From Chlamydiia bacterium (GTDB lineage Bacteria > Chlamydiota > Chlamydiia > Chlamydiales > GCA-2402025), in NCBI GenBank assembly GCA_030427725.1, contig JAUICV010000001.1, positions 797,298 through 861,297 of the forward strand: 64,000 nucleotides of DNA. The letters run 5' to 3'. Of the stretch, positions 21,123-31,183 are shown in pieces (within the stretch, counting starts at the first letter, position 1; every line of letters begins with the position of its first letter). The notes beneath the pieces are model-generated. The model made no database searches, had not been told where the DNA came from, and was given only the letters and a program-made list of their open reading frames with translations. Made by a program: the position numbers and the translations under genes.

Positions 21123-21184
21123 TGTCGCCTCCCTTTATCGAATTATCGCTCTAGAAAGGCATTATAGGCTGTTTAAAGAAAATG

Positions 21185-22591
21185 TTAAGAAAAATTAACG
21201 ATAGCTTTTGCCATTTTATTGAATAACAACACATGGACTGGATACAGGAGATACCAATACAGCCTTCCTAAAAGTCCCCTTGGGCGAAACGTAGCCTCTA
21301 AGGTTAAATTATTTTCCTTAACTGAAAACTCAAGCCAAGCTTCGCCTGGAAGCTTCATCTCTGAGAGCAATAACAAACGTCCATTTTTTTCATCTGCCAC
21401 GATGACTCTCCAAAAATCCAATGGATCTCCAGGTTTTAAATCTTTTCTAGCTACCCTACCTCTTCTAGTGCCAACGCCACCTAAAAGTGTATCTATAAAA
21501 CCTCTAAGATCCCAAACCCAATTCATATAGTACCAACCAGTCTTTCCACCAATGTTAAAAACGCTTCGTATGATTTTCTTAGGATCTTTTTTAAAAGTAT
21601 GCTGCGCTTTCATTTTAAAAGAACCTGTTGAGGGAGCTTCCAAAACAGTTTGGTCATTACAATTTAGACGAGCTTCTTTCCATGCGTCTTTCCAAGAAGA
21701 GATCACTTCATTTTGCTCTACTTTCTGAAAGGCTCTTTCAAGGGCCTCTTCATAACTTAGTAGTTTTTTGGGAAAAATTTTTCTAATGGACTCTTCTTTG
21801 CATACAGCATCATTTTTCAAACTCTCTACAAGAGATGATGCCAGTGAAAAACTAACTCCTGTAATAAAATAAAGCCAATAGGAAGAAAGTTTTGGACTTA
21901 GCACGGGAACTTCTATGATATATCTTTTTAACCCTCTGAGCTTAGCAAGCTTTAACAGCATCTCTTTGTAAGTTAAAACATCATCACTTCCTATATCAAA
22001 GTGTTTACCATAACAACTTGAGTGGCCTAGAACATCTACAAGATACGCAATAACATCAGTGATAGCTATAGGTTGGCAACGGCTTTTCACCCATTTTGGA
22101 GCTATCATTATAGGAAGTTTTTCTACAAGATCTCTTATTATTTCAAATGAAGCTGATCCAGCCCCTATCACAATACCGGCACGAAGAGTTGTTAACTGAA
22201 CCTTGGATTTAGCTAATATATTTTCTACTTCAAGTCTAGAAGATAAGTGTTTAGATAGACATCTGTCATTGACCAGTCCAGATAAATATATCACCTGCTT
22301 ACATGAAGTCTTTTCTATTGAAACGACAAAGTTTTTAGCTATCTGCCGATCTTTTTCATCAAAGCCTTTTGAGCTTTGATTCATAGAATGAACTAGAAAG
22401 TACGCTGTGTCAATATCATCAGGCAGCTCTACTTGTCCTTTAGAAAAATCTCCCTTTATGACCGTCACCCTTGGATCTATTCTTTGAGAAAAACTTCGGA
22501 CAAAAGCGTAGACTCTATGTCCCTTATTTAAAAGCGTTGGAATAAGCCTTGAACCTATATATCCATTGGCGCCAGTAACTAATACATTCAT
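21185..22591 (-). CDS. atypical SDR (NAD(P)-binding) protein with DUF2867-like C-terminal domain
   Basis: 468 aa. N-terminal Rossmann motif VLVTGANGYIGSRL. Architecture typical of NmrA/SDR-a5 plus DUF2867 proteins. Confidence 0.7.
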   Translation of the reverse strand: MNVLVTGANGYIGSRLIPTLLNKGHRVYAFVRSFSQRIDPRVTVIKGDFSKGQVELPDDIDTAYFLVHSMNQSSKGFDEKDRQIAKNFVVSIEKTSCKQVIYLSGLVNDRCLSKHLSSRLEVENILAKSKVQLTTLRAGIVIGAGSASFEIIRDLVEKLPIMIAPKWVKSRCQPIAITDVIAYLVDVLGHSSCYGKHFDIGSDDVLTYKEMLLKLAKLRGLKRYIIEVPVLSPKLSSYWLYFITGVSFSLASSLVESLKNDAVCKEESIRKIFPKKLLSYEEALERAFQKVEQNEVISSWKDAWKEARLNCNDQTVLEAPSTGSFKMKAQHTFKKDPKKIIRSVFNIGGKTGWYYMNWVWDLRGFIDTLLGGVGTRRGRVARKDLKPGDPLDFWRVIVADEKNGRLLLLSEMKLPGEAWLEFSVKENNLTLEATFRPRGLLGRLYWYLLYPVHVLLFNKMAKAIVNFS

Positions 22592-22685
22592 AGTCTATCA
22601 ACTTTTTTATCTACATCTTCCGCTGTATTGACATTAGAAGATGTTTCCAATATGAATCAAGTAAACAGCATTTAGGAGATTAAAT

Positions 22686-25145
22686 TTGGAAAATCCAAAA
22701 TCCCAATACGCCTCTTTATCATCTAAGATTTGCTTAGAAAAACTATCTAGCAGTTTAGACTTAGGATTGACGAGTAGTGAAGCTACAACAAGACTTTCCA
22801 AGTTTGGGATGAACGCTTTGTCCGAAAAAAAAGCATCTCTTTTTATGAAACTATTTAAATTCTTTTGGGGACCAATCCCTTGGATGATTGAAATAGCTGC
22901 GCTTATTTCTGGCCTTTTGGAAAGATGGCCCGATTTTATTTTAATCACAGCTCTTTTACTTATTAACACCCTTCTTGGTTTTTTTCACGAATTCCAAGCT
23001 GACAGCGCTATAGCTGCACTTAAAAAAAAGCTAGCTCTTAAAACTCGCGTTAAAAGAGATGGCACATGGACTGATCTAGCAGCTATAAATTTAGTTCCAG
23101 GTGATATTGTTTCTATAAAACTTGGCAACATAGTGCCAGCTGATATCAAACTAATATCTGGAGAATATCTATCTGTTGATGAGTCTGCTTTAACAGGAGA
23201 ATCCCTTCCTTCGGACAAAAAGATAGACGATCAAATTTTTTCTGGAACAATTGTCAAACAAGGTGAAATGACAGGTATAGTTACAGAAACTGGAATGAAT
23301 ACTTTTTTTGGTCAGACAGCCAAACTTATTGAGTCAGCAAAAACAGTTTCACATTTTCAACAGGCCGTATTAAATATTGGAAGATTTCTTATCATCTGCA
23401 CGTTAAGTATTGCAGCGATTATACTACTTGATTTCGTATACAAGCTAGAGACTGTTGAAAATCTTCATATTCATTTTGGGCAAATTGCAATATTTTTACT
23501 TGTTTTAGTTGTCGCTGGAATCCCTGTTGCTCTGCCAGCTGTAACATCAGTGACAATGTCTATAGGAGCTAGTAAAATGGCAAAGCTAAAAGCTATTGTT
23601 TCAAAACTTATGGCTATCGAAGAATTATCTGGAATGAGTATTCTTTGCTCCGATAAAACAGGGACCTTAACCCAAAATAAATTAACCATCGGCAAAACAT
23701 TTTCCTTAAAAGAATCTGAGGAAAGTGACATTTTGCTATATGCCAGCTTAGCTTCGAATCACGATAGCCCCGATGCTATAGATGCGGCAATCATTGACGC
23801 AAATAAAGAAAAAGATCTGCTAAATGGATATAAGACAACTCATTTCACACCATTTGACCCCGTTAGTAAACGGTGTGAAACAGCCTTAGAAAAAAATGGA
23901 CAAGCGATAAAAGTTTCCAAAGGAGCTCCCCAAGTTATCGTAGATCTATGCCACCTAAATGATCAACAAAAAAATGACCTTAACAAAGAGATAGACCAGT
24001 TTGCTAAAAAAGGCTTTAGAACTCTCGGCGTTGCTAAGACAGATGATGGAACAAACTGGAATTTTTTAGGGCTTATTTCTCTTTTTGATCCTCCTAGAGA
24101 AGATACAAAAGAGACAATCGCTAAAACAAAAGAGATGGGAATTTCTGTTAAAATGGTTACAGGAGACCATTTATCTATAGCAAAAGAGATGGCTAGCCAA
24201 GTAGGGCTTGGATCTAAAATTATCAACGCTAGCGAAATTAAGACTATGACAACGCCATTAATCGATGCAGATGGTTTTTCTGAGGTCTTCCCAGAGCATA
24301 AATTTCAAATCGTAAAAGAATTTCAAAAAGAACATCTTGTTACAGGAATGACAGGAGATGGTGTTAATTACGCTCCTGCATTGAAACAAGCTGATATTGG
24401 TATAGCCGTCTCCGGAGCCACAGATGCTGCAAGAGCTGCAGCAGATCTTGTATTAACAAGGCCAGGCCTTCATGTAATTACAGAAGCTATAACAGAAGCT
24501 AGAAGAATTTTTGGCCGTTTAAAAAGTTACGCGATCTACCGAGTATCTGAGACTTGCCGCCTGCTGTTCTTCCTTTTGTTTTCTATACTAGCTTTTGATC
24601 AAAAACCTTTATCTGCAATCATGATCATCTTAATAGCTCTTTTAAATGACATTCCTATTATGACCATTGCCTATGATCATATGGAGGTGTCTAAAACACC
24701 TACTAAATGGTCTATGAAAGAAGTTGTCATTGTAGCTATTGGTCTAGCAATTGTTGGGGTAATTTCAACATTTGGCCTCTACTGGATAGGAAAAAACATT
24801 TGGCTTCTACCTCAAAATCAGTGCTCGACCTTAGCTTTTATGGGAATATTATGTGGAGGAAATTTGACGATTTACCTAACCCGGAACCAGACAGGAGTTT
24901 TTTCAAAACCTCTACCCCAAAAAACTTTTTTCTTAGCAACTTTATTCTCTCAAATTGTTGGCACGTTGATCTCAATATATGGACTCCCTAAAGCTGATTT
25001 TACAGGAATTGGCTGGAAATATGCCTCTCTAAGCTGGGCTTATATTACTGTCTGGTTTTTGATCTGTTATCTAGTCAAGCGTTTGCTCTACTGGATTTTA
25101 AAAGATATGCATATGAAAAGTGGCTATGTTGATAAAGTTAGCTAA
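22686..25145 (+). CDS. P-type ATPase, plasma-membrane proton-pump-like (P3A)
   Basis: 819 aa. Motifs LTGESLP, CSDKTGTLT, KGAP, DPPR and MVTGD present. The hinge motif reads GDGVNYAPALK (canonical GDGVNDAPALK). Overall similarity is to plant/fungal H+-ATPases (ADIGIAVSGATDAARAAADLVLTRPGL). TTG start. Confidence 0.85.
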   Translation: MENPKSQYASLSSKICLEKLSSSLDLGLTSSEATTRLSKFGMNALSEKKASLFMKLFKFFWGPIPWMIEIAALISGLLERWPDFILITALLLINTLLGFFHEFQADSAIAALKKKLALKTRVKRDGTWTDLAAINLVPGDIVSIKLGNIVPADIKLISGEYLSVDESALTGESLPSDKKIDDQIFSGTIVKQGEMTGIVTETGMNTFFGQTAKLIESAKTVSHFQQAVLNIGRFLIICTLSIAAIILLDFVYKLETVENLHIHFGQIAIFLLVLVVAGIPVALPAVTSVTMSIGASKMAKLKAIVSKLMAIEELSGMSILCSDKTGTLTQNKLTIGKTFSLKESEESDILLYASLASNHDSPDAIDAAIIDANKEKDLLNGYKTTHFTPFDPVSKRCETALEKNGQAIKVSKGAPQVIVDLCHLNDQQKNDLNKEIDQFAKKGFRTLGVAKTDDGTNWNFLGLISLFDPPREDTKETIAKTKEMGISVKMVTGDHLSIAKEMASQVGLGSKIINASEIKTMTTPLIDADGFSEVFPEHKFQIVKEFQKEHLVTGMTGDGVNYAPALKQADIGIAVSGATDAARAAADLVLTRPGLHVITEAITEARRIFGRLKSYAIYRVSETCRLLFFLLFSILAFDQKPLSAIMIILIALLNDIPIMTIAYDHMEVSKTPTKWSMKEVVIVAIGLAIVGVISTFGLYWIGKNIWLLPQNQCSTLAFMGILCGGNLTIYLTRNQTGVFSKPLPQKTFFLATLFSQIVGTLISIYGLPKADFTGIGWKYASLSWAYITVWFLICYLVKRLLYWILKDMHMKSGYVDKVS

Positions 25146-26272
25146 ACATACTTAAGGGCCTGATTGACTAGAACATCTTCTTCGTTTGTTTCGAATGCAT
25201 AAAGATCGATCTGACTTGTCTTAGCAGAAAAGCATTTCACATCGTTCTTTTTTATTTCAGGACCCAATTTAACTCCAAGAGGAGCTAACCTTTGGCAGAT
25301 TTTTCTTCTGATTTTTGAGGACCTATATCCAATAGCCCCTGTAAAGACAATGACATCTATTTTTTTTAATACAACTAAATACTCTGAGATTTTTTTTGCG
25401 ACCTGATAGCAGAACATATCGATCGCTAGTTTTGATTTTTCATCATCTCTAGCTAATAGTTTTTTAACATCTTGTGAGCGTGCAAGGCCCATAAATCCCG
25501 AGTTATGATTTAAAAGCTGTTCCAAGCTCTTTAGATCCATTTTTTCTTGCTTAAGCATATATAGTAGAACTCCTGGATCTAAATCTCCGGGTCTTGTACC
25601 CATCATAATTCCACCAAGAGGGGTAAAACCCATGCTAGTTTCAATGCTTTTTCCTCTATCTATAGCGCAAACAGATGCCCCACTTCCTAAATGCGCAACA
25701 ACAACTCGCTTACTTTTCAATTTCAAACTATGGACTACAGACTCGTATGACAGTCCATGAAAACCAAATTTTTTAACTCCCTTTTTGAAATAAGAATCCA
25801 AAAGAGGTAGATGCATTGCGACATCTGGAAGGTTTTTATGAAAACTCGTATCGAAGCAAGCTATTTGCAAAGCTTTTGGAAAAAGCTTCTTAGATTCTTT
25901 AGCAACCTCTATTTCATTTGGTATATGTAAAGGCGCTATGAAACTGAAATTTAGAAGATCTTTGATCACTTTTTCAGTGAGTTTGGTTGGTTTAATGTAT
26001 TTATCGCCGCCAAACACCATTCGATGAGAGACTATTTGAACTGTAGAAATACCCCTTTCCAGACAGATCTTTTGGATCTCTGCTACAGCGCTTTTCAAAG
26101 TCTTTAAGGCCTTAAAATAGGGTTTATGTTTTGGCTCATTGATAGAAATTTTAGCTTGTTTAGCTCCGAGATTTTCTATCTCACCACTAAAAAGGTACGT
26201 TTTTTTTTGGTTAAGTTGAAACTTCAATGATGAAGATCCAACATTTAAAGCTAAAACAATTTGATCATTCAT
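25142..26272 (-). CDS. ackA: acetate kinase
   Basis: N-terminus ...IVLALNVGSSSLKF, FHGLSY and typical length. The track ORF extends to 26332 inside the upstream gene. ATG at 26272 forms an ATGA overlap with the phosphoketolase stop; ATG at 26281 is an alternative. Confidence 0.9.
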   Translation of the reverse strand: MNDQIVLALNVGSSSLKFQLNQKKTYLFSGEIENLGAKQAKISINEPKHKPYFKALKTLKSAVAEIQKICLERGISTVQIVSHRMVFGGDKYIKPTKLTEKVIKDLLNFSFIAPLHIPNEIEVAKESKKLFPKALQIACFDTSFHKNLPDVAMHLPLLDSYFKKGVKKFGFHGLSYESVVHSLKLKSKRVVVAHLGSGASVCAIDRGKSIETSMGFTPLGGIMMGTRPGDLDPGVLLYMLKQEKMDLKSLEQLLNHNSGFMGLARSQDVKKLLARDDEKSKLAIDMFCYQVAKKISEYLVVLKKIDVIVFTGAIGYRSSKIRRKICQRLAPLGVKLGPEIKKNDVKCFSAKTSQIDLYAFETNEEDVLVNQALKYV

Positions 26273-28602
26273 GAAGGCCATACCCAGTTTGTCACTTCTG
26301 GAATATCTACACCTTCTTTGAAGATAAAACATTTATGTTTTTCTAACTGTTCTTCACAATACTTATTCAATGATTCTTTTTTTATTTTGTCTATAGTCGG
26401 TAGAAATCTAAGAGCATTCATCACTAAGTGATATCTAGATGCTTTATTACAAACAACCATATCAAAAGGTGTTGTTGTCGTTCCCTCTTCTATATACCCA
26501 TGTACATGGAAACGAGGTTTATCTACTTGATGGAAGATAAGTTCATGAATGACCCTAGGATGCCCATGGAAGCTAAAAATGACTGGATTATCTTTTGTGA
26601 ATAGCTGCTGAAATGTTTCATGATCTAATCCATGTGGATGATCATTTTTATGCATAAGTTTAAAAAGATCTACAACATTGACCATCCTAATTTTAAGATT
26701 ATCGATATGCTGTTTTAGAAGATCAATAGCAGCTAAGGTTTCTAAAGTCGGAGTGTCACCAGCTGATGCAAAAACAACATCAACTTCACCTTCATCGCTA
26801 GCAAAATCCCAAATACCGATTCCTTTTTCGCAATGCTGCTTGGCCATGTTCATGCTCAGCCACTGAGGCATTGGCTGCTTTCCACAAACCATAAGATTAA
26901 CGTAGTTTTTACTTCTAAGACAATGATCCATCACACTTAGCAAACAGTTTCCGTCAGGAGGAAGATATATCCTTGCAACGCTAGCTTTTTTTTGCATGAC
27001 CGATTCAATAAAACCCGGGCCTTGATGTGAATATCCATTATGGTCTTGTCTCCACGCATGCGATGTAAGCAAGTAGTTCAATGAAGCAATAGGCTTTCTC
27101 CATTTAAGATCAAGACAAGCTTTAAGCCATTTTGCATGCTGATTCAACATAGAATCAACAATCAGAGCAAACGCTTCATAGCAAGGGAACAGTCCGTGTC
27201 TACCAGTAAGAAGATAACCTTCCAGCCATCCTTGGCAAAGATGCTCACTTAAAACCTCTAAAACCCTCCCATCTGGCGCTAATTTTTCATCACCATCAGC
27301 CATTTTCCCGATAAACATTCTATTAGTAACTTCAAAAACATGAGTTAGTCTATTTGAGTTTGTTTCATCCGGGCAAAAAATCCTAAAATTATCCGTGTTA
27401 TCTTTCATGATATCCCGGATTAAAAGCCCTACTTGTCTTGTGCTTTCTCCAATAGTTTTTCCGGGAGACTCTATCTCTATGGCATATTTAGCATAATCTG
27501 GAATCTTAAGGTCTTTTAAAAGTAGTCCGCCATTGGCATAAGCTGACCTTCCCATACACAGATTTTTCTCTGGAATATTTGACAAAACTTTGTCACTCAC
27601 TTTTCCAGTTTGATCAAAGAGTTCTTGCGGCTTATATGACAACAACCAACTTTCCAAAATTTTCAAGTGTTCAGGATGTTCTTTAAATCCAGAAATTGGA
27701 ACTTGATGCGAGCGAAAGGTCCCTTCTATTTTTTTCCCATCGACAATCTTTGGGCCTGTCCACCCTTTCAAGGTTCTCATAACGATCATTGGATAGTTTG
27801 GAGGAGAGGTTTCATCAAAGCTTTCTGATTTGATCTTTGAAATTTTCTTATAGACTGTATCTAATGTCTCCCACATTTTTTTATGAGTTTCAAAAACATC
27901 TTCCCCTTCTACAAAATGCACCTCATAACCACATCCTTCAAAAAACTTTTTAATCTCTTCATCGCTTTTTCGACCAAAAACAGTTGGCCCTGAAATTTTA
28001 TACCCATTCAAGTGAAGAATAGGCAAAACAATGCCATCTCTTTTTGGATTTATAAATCGATTTGAATGCCAGCTTGTAGCTAACGGCCCGGTTTCACTCT
28101 CGCCATCTCCTACAACACAAACAGCGATTAAATCTGGGTTATCCATTACGGCCCCGTAAGCATGAACTAAAGAATAACCAAGTTCTCCTCCTTCATGAAT
28201 CGAACCCGGCGTTGGGGGGCTAACATGAGAGGGAACTCCCCCTGGCCAAGAAAACTCTTTCATGAACTTTAAGAGGCCTTCAAGGCTAAACTCTAGATCA
28301 TTATAAACTTCTGTCATCGACCCTTCTAACAAGACATTAGCCCGAATTGCTGGACCTCCATGCCCTGGACCCGCAAAATATAACATCTTTGCTTTCGTAT
28401 CTTGAATCAATCGATTTAGATGAGAGTAGATAAAGTTAAGACCCGGTGATGTCCCAAAATGGCCTAAAAGCCTTTGTTTTACATCATCAATGCTTAATGG
28501 ATTTAATAATAAAGGATTGTTTTTAAGATAAATCTGCCCTACGGACAAATAGTTGGCTGCTCTGAAATGAGCATCTAAATTTTCTAAACGATTTTGGTCC
28601 AT
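26269..28602 (-). CDS. xfp: xylulose-5-phosphate/fructose-6-phosphate phosphoketolase
   Basis: 777 aa. XFP signatures EGGELGYS and GPGHGGPA, with the typical length of about 790 aa. Confidence 0.93.
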   Translation of the reverse strand: MDQNRLENLDAHFRAANYLSVGQIYLKNNPLLLNPLSIDDVKQRLLGHFGTSPGLNFIYSHLNRLIQDTKAKMLYFAGPGHGGPAIRANVLLEGSMTEVYNDLEFSLEGLLKFMKEFSWPGGVPSHVSPPTPGSIHEGGELGYSLVHAYGAVMDNPDLIAVCVVGDGESETGPLATSWHSNRFINPKRDGIVLPILHLNGYKISGPTVFGRKSDEEIKKFFEGCGYEVHFVEGEDVFETHKKMWETLDTVYKKISKIKSESFDETSPPNYPMIVMRTLKGWTGPKIVDGKKIEGTFRSHQVPISGFKEHPEHLKILESWLLSYKPQELFDQTGKVSDKVLSNIPEKNLCMGRSAYANGGLLLKDLKIPDYAKYAIEIESPGKTIGESTRQVGLLIRDIMKDNTDNFRIFCPDETNSNRLTHVFEVTNRMFIGKMADGDEKLAPDGRVLEVLSEHLCQGWLEGYLLTGRHGLFPCYEAFALIVDSMLNQHAKWLKACLDLKWRKPIASLNYLLTSHAWRQDHNGYSHQGPGFIESVMQKKASVARIYLPPDGNCLLSVMDHCLRSKNYVNLMVCGKQPMPQWLSMNMAKQHCEKGIGIWDFASDEGEVDVVFASAGDTPTLETLAAIDLLKQHIDNLKIRMVNVVDLFKLMHKNDHPHGLDHETFQQLFTKDNPVIFSFHGHPRVIHELIFHQVDKPRFHVHGYIEEGTTTTPFDMVVCNKASRYHLVMNALRFLPTIDKIKKESLNKYCEEQLEKHKCFIFKEGVDIPEVTNWVWPS

Positions 28603-28805
28603 TGTCTACCCCAGCTAGACCTGACCACATAACATTCTTTTTTTAATTTTTCAACAGCGCTGACTCGTTATGCTGTTAGGTTAAAAATACTCTAGTTAGC
28701 GTCCTCCTCATACAACTAATTTTGAACACTCTTTTATTAATTTTTGAAGATCAGTATTTTCTAGATACTTTTCATCAATCCAAAAAGTTCTTCTTCCTCT
28801 CTTGA

Positions 28806-30983
28806 CTAAAGATTTATTAGATCTCTACAAACTCTCTTCCCTCCAGACTTTTTCAACGCCAACTCGTTAGCCAGTCTTATTTCTTCTTGAGTTTGATATA
28901 AAACCTCTCCAATTAACGAACTTGTGTGTTGAAAGGCGTTTTTTCCTGATATTTTTTCTGCTATAGAGTAATCTTCATCTCCAACAACATCAGAAATAAA
29001 TACCCCTGGTAATACTTTAAAATCTTTTGATCCACCATCTGTTATATAGTCGTTGACAGCACTCATAACATGAAAAACCTCAACATCTACGCTACCTTCA
29101 CCTCTTTTTTTTCTTGTGTTAAGCCAGAGTTCATCTTCGTCTAAAACACAATTTACTGTAGAGTGAACATGGTCTGGCTGTAAAAAGTACTCACCAAAAC
29201 CTTCTGTTTGCATCATTATATCGTCATCTATACTAAGAACTTTATCATCTTTTGAACTTGTTTTTACAGGCTGAAAACGTCCTACAACATCACCCTCAAT
29301 TGCTTGATCTGCCCTTTCGATATAACCACCAGCTCCTATCATCACGATTTTTTTAACCCCTTTTTGTAAAAGCTTTTTGACTACATCATAAGACAATTCA
29401 CCATTAGGCATTCTAAATGACATTGCTGTAAATGGTTTTGCGCCTCTAGATTCAACATAGTAATAAGAGCCTTTTACTAAAGTGTTATTATCAATATCAC
29501 TTGTAGATCTAGGGCATTTTTTATATCTAGGGTCTTTGGGTTTTGTCATAATGTTAAAGCTTTTACCTCTAACAGTTAGATCACTTTCTCTTTTAAGACA
29601 GTCTGATCCAATGAATACAACACTTGGAACTTCAGGCCATTTACTTGATAAGGTTTCTAAAGCTTGGAGTTCTACTTCTGCAACCCTTTGAAAATTCCCT
29701 CGATACCCCATTTCTTCTAGAGGAACGCCTGCAGCTTTCAATGTTCTAAACAACTTGACCAACTTTGATCTTGATGGAATTCCTGTAACAACTATTTTAA
29801 AATCCTTTAGATTGGATTTGTGAGCAAAGATTTGATAATCAAATGAATTTTGTGAGTGTGCTACACTTCCTCTAAATTCATAATCTGGCTGATGTTTTTC
29901 AAAAAAAGCGATCATTTCTTCTTTTCTTCCGAGAAAGGCTTCTATCTTAGTTGGTTGATATTTCAATATTCTAGAAATTGATTTAGGAACTCTATTATCA
30001 AGATATGATTCTGAATCAACCAAGGGGGCGCTTATCTGTTCTACTGAAAGACTGTTAAGCTCCAGAAAATCATCTAAATTACGATCGGCTGGAGAAACCC
30101 TTGCGTCTTCAAAATAATAGGGAGCTTCTAAAAATATTTTACTTAAATTTTGGGGAGGAAAAAGCGGCAGGCTTTTTTCAGACCCAGATGCAGGAAATAA
30201 CATATGTCGGTAAAGTTGTTTTGATTCTTTTTCCATCTGCTTTTTTAGCTTGCTAGTGATTTTCGGTCCGCCAAAATATTGTTTCTTGGTATTCGCCTTA
30301 ATAGCTCTTTGTATTTGGTTATCGCTGTCTTTTAAACATCTTTTTTTCATATACCCTATAGACTGAAACATTGCGTTGATAAAGGCCTCTTTCTCACTAT
30401 CTTCTAATAGATTTAGTCCTTCTACTCCATAAACAATTTTATTAACTACAGCTTTATCATCTAAATCATCACGCACAGACAATTGAAATAAACATTTCCT
30501 CAAAAGGTCCTTTAGTTGTTGAGAAGCTACAATCCCATTTTCACTTAGATAGGATTGACTTATCTCTTTACCTTCGTGATATCTTTCACCTGCAAGCATA
30601 ACATGAAATCTAACTATATTCGCTCCAGATTGAAGATTGTACTTTTGACTCTCGCCAAGATCTATCATCTTCAAGCTGCAATCCCTTTCAATCAATTTGT
30701 CATAAAATAACTGCTGAACTGATTTAACAACTTCTTCAGACGCCTCTACACTCCCGGAGGAACATATTGCTTCTATCTCCTTAAACACAACACCAAGATG
30801 TGCTATTGTTTTTCCTTGAGGCGCAAATGTCTTTTTTTTAGTGCAGTTGTAAAAAAGCGTGATAACATCTCTAGTCTGACCTTCGTCTTTTAATCCGATA
30901 GACTCTAAAGGTTCCTTAAGATCGCTCAATGAACTGAAAACTTCATCTGATACAGTCTCAGATAATCTGGATTCTAAAGACAT
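28806..30983 (-). CDS. large protein with C-terminal PNP/UDP-fold (AMP-nucleosidase-like) domain; N-terminal ~390 aa unknown
   Basis: 725 aa. C-terminal blocks: GVKKIVMIGAGGYIERADQAIEGDVVG (cf. E. coli Amn MIGHCGGLRESQAIGDYVL; DeoD GVKKIIRVGSCGA), GSVDVEVFHVMSAV (cf. DMES/VEMEAA) and VFISDVVGDED (cf. VSD). No motif recognised in the N-terminal half. Confidence 0.5.
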   Translation of the reverse strand: MSLESRLSETVSDEVFSSLSDLKEPLESIGLKDEGQTRDVITLFYNCTKKKTFAPQGKTIAHLGVVFKEIEAICSSGSVEASEEVVKSVQQLFYDKLIERDCSLKMIDLGESQKYNLQSGANIVRFHVMLAGERYHEGKEISQSYLSENGIVASQQLKDLLRKCLFQLSVRDDLDDKAVVNKIVYGVEGLNLLEDSEKEAFINAMFQSIGYMKKRCLKDSDNQIQRAIKANTKKQYFGGPKITSKLKKQMEKESKQLYRHMLFPASGSEKSLPLFPPQNLSKIFLEAPYYFEDARVSPADRNLDDFLELNSLSVEQISAPLVDSESYLDNRVPKSISRILKYQPTKIEAFLGRKEEMIAFFEKHQPDYEFRGSVAHSQNSFDYQIFAHKSNLKDFKIVVTGIPSRSKLVKLFRTLKAAGVPLEEMGYRGNFQRVAEVELQALETLSSKWPEVPSVVFIGSDCLKRESDLTVRGKSFNIMTKPKDPRYKKCPRSTSDIDNNTLVKGSYYYVESRGAKPFTAMSFRMPNGELSYDVVKKLLQKGVKKIVMIGAGGYIERADQAIEGDVVGRFQPVKTSSKDDKVLSIDDDIMMQTEGFGEYFLQPDHVHSTVNCVLDEDELWLNTRKKRGEGSVDVEVFHVMSAVNDYITDGGSKDFKVLPGVFISDVVGDEDYSIAEKISGKNAFQHTSSLIGEVLYQTQEEIRLANELALKKSGGKRVCRDLINL

Positions 30984-31116
30984 GCTTAACCTTCTACATA
31001 TTAATTTGTAATAAAGTTTTATTCTATATAATCATTTATTTAAAGTAAATAATTATTATTTTACTTGTTTTTAGTATTATCTCTTATATTGTTGGTTTTT
31101 AGTCATTTATGAATTG

Positions 31117-31145
31117 TTGACATATAATTGTAATAACATTAAAAT
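31117..31145 (+). promoter_or_regulatory. candidate promoter for the NADAR gene
   Basis: TTGACA-N17-TAAAAT in the very AT-rich divergent intergenic region, about 40 nt upstream of the ATG at 31184. Confidence 0.35.
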
Positions 31146-31183
31146 ATCCAACAATTTAAAACTTAACAAAATTAGGTTTAAAA

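Noticed and set aside
22634-22969. 111-aa minus-strand ORF overlapping the 5' end of the P-type ATPase
   Set aside because: It overlaps a strongly supported CDS and has no recognisable features. The same reasoning applies to 8463..8726, 11066..11305, 37555..37902, 40434..40631 and 36223..36432.
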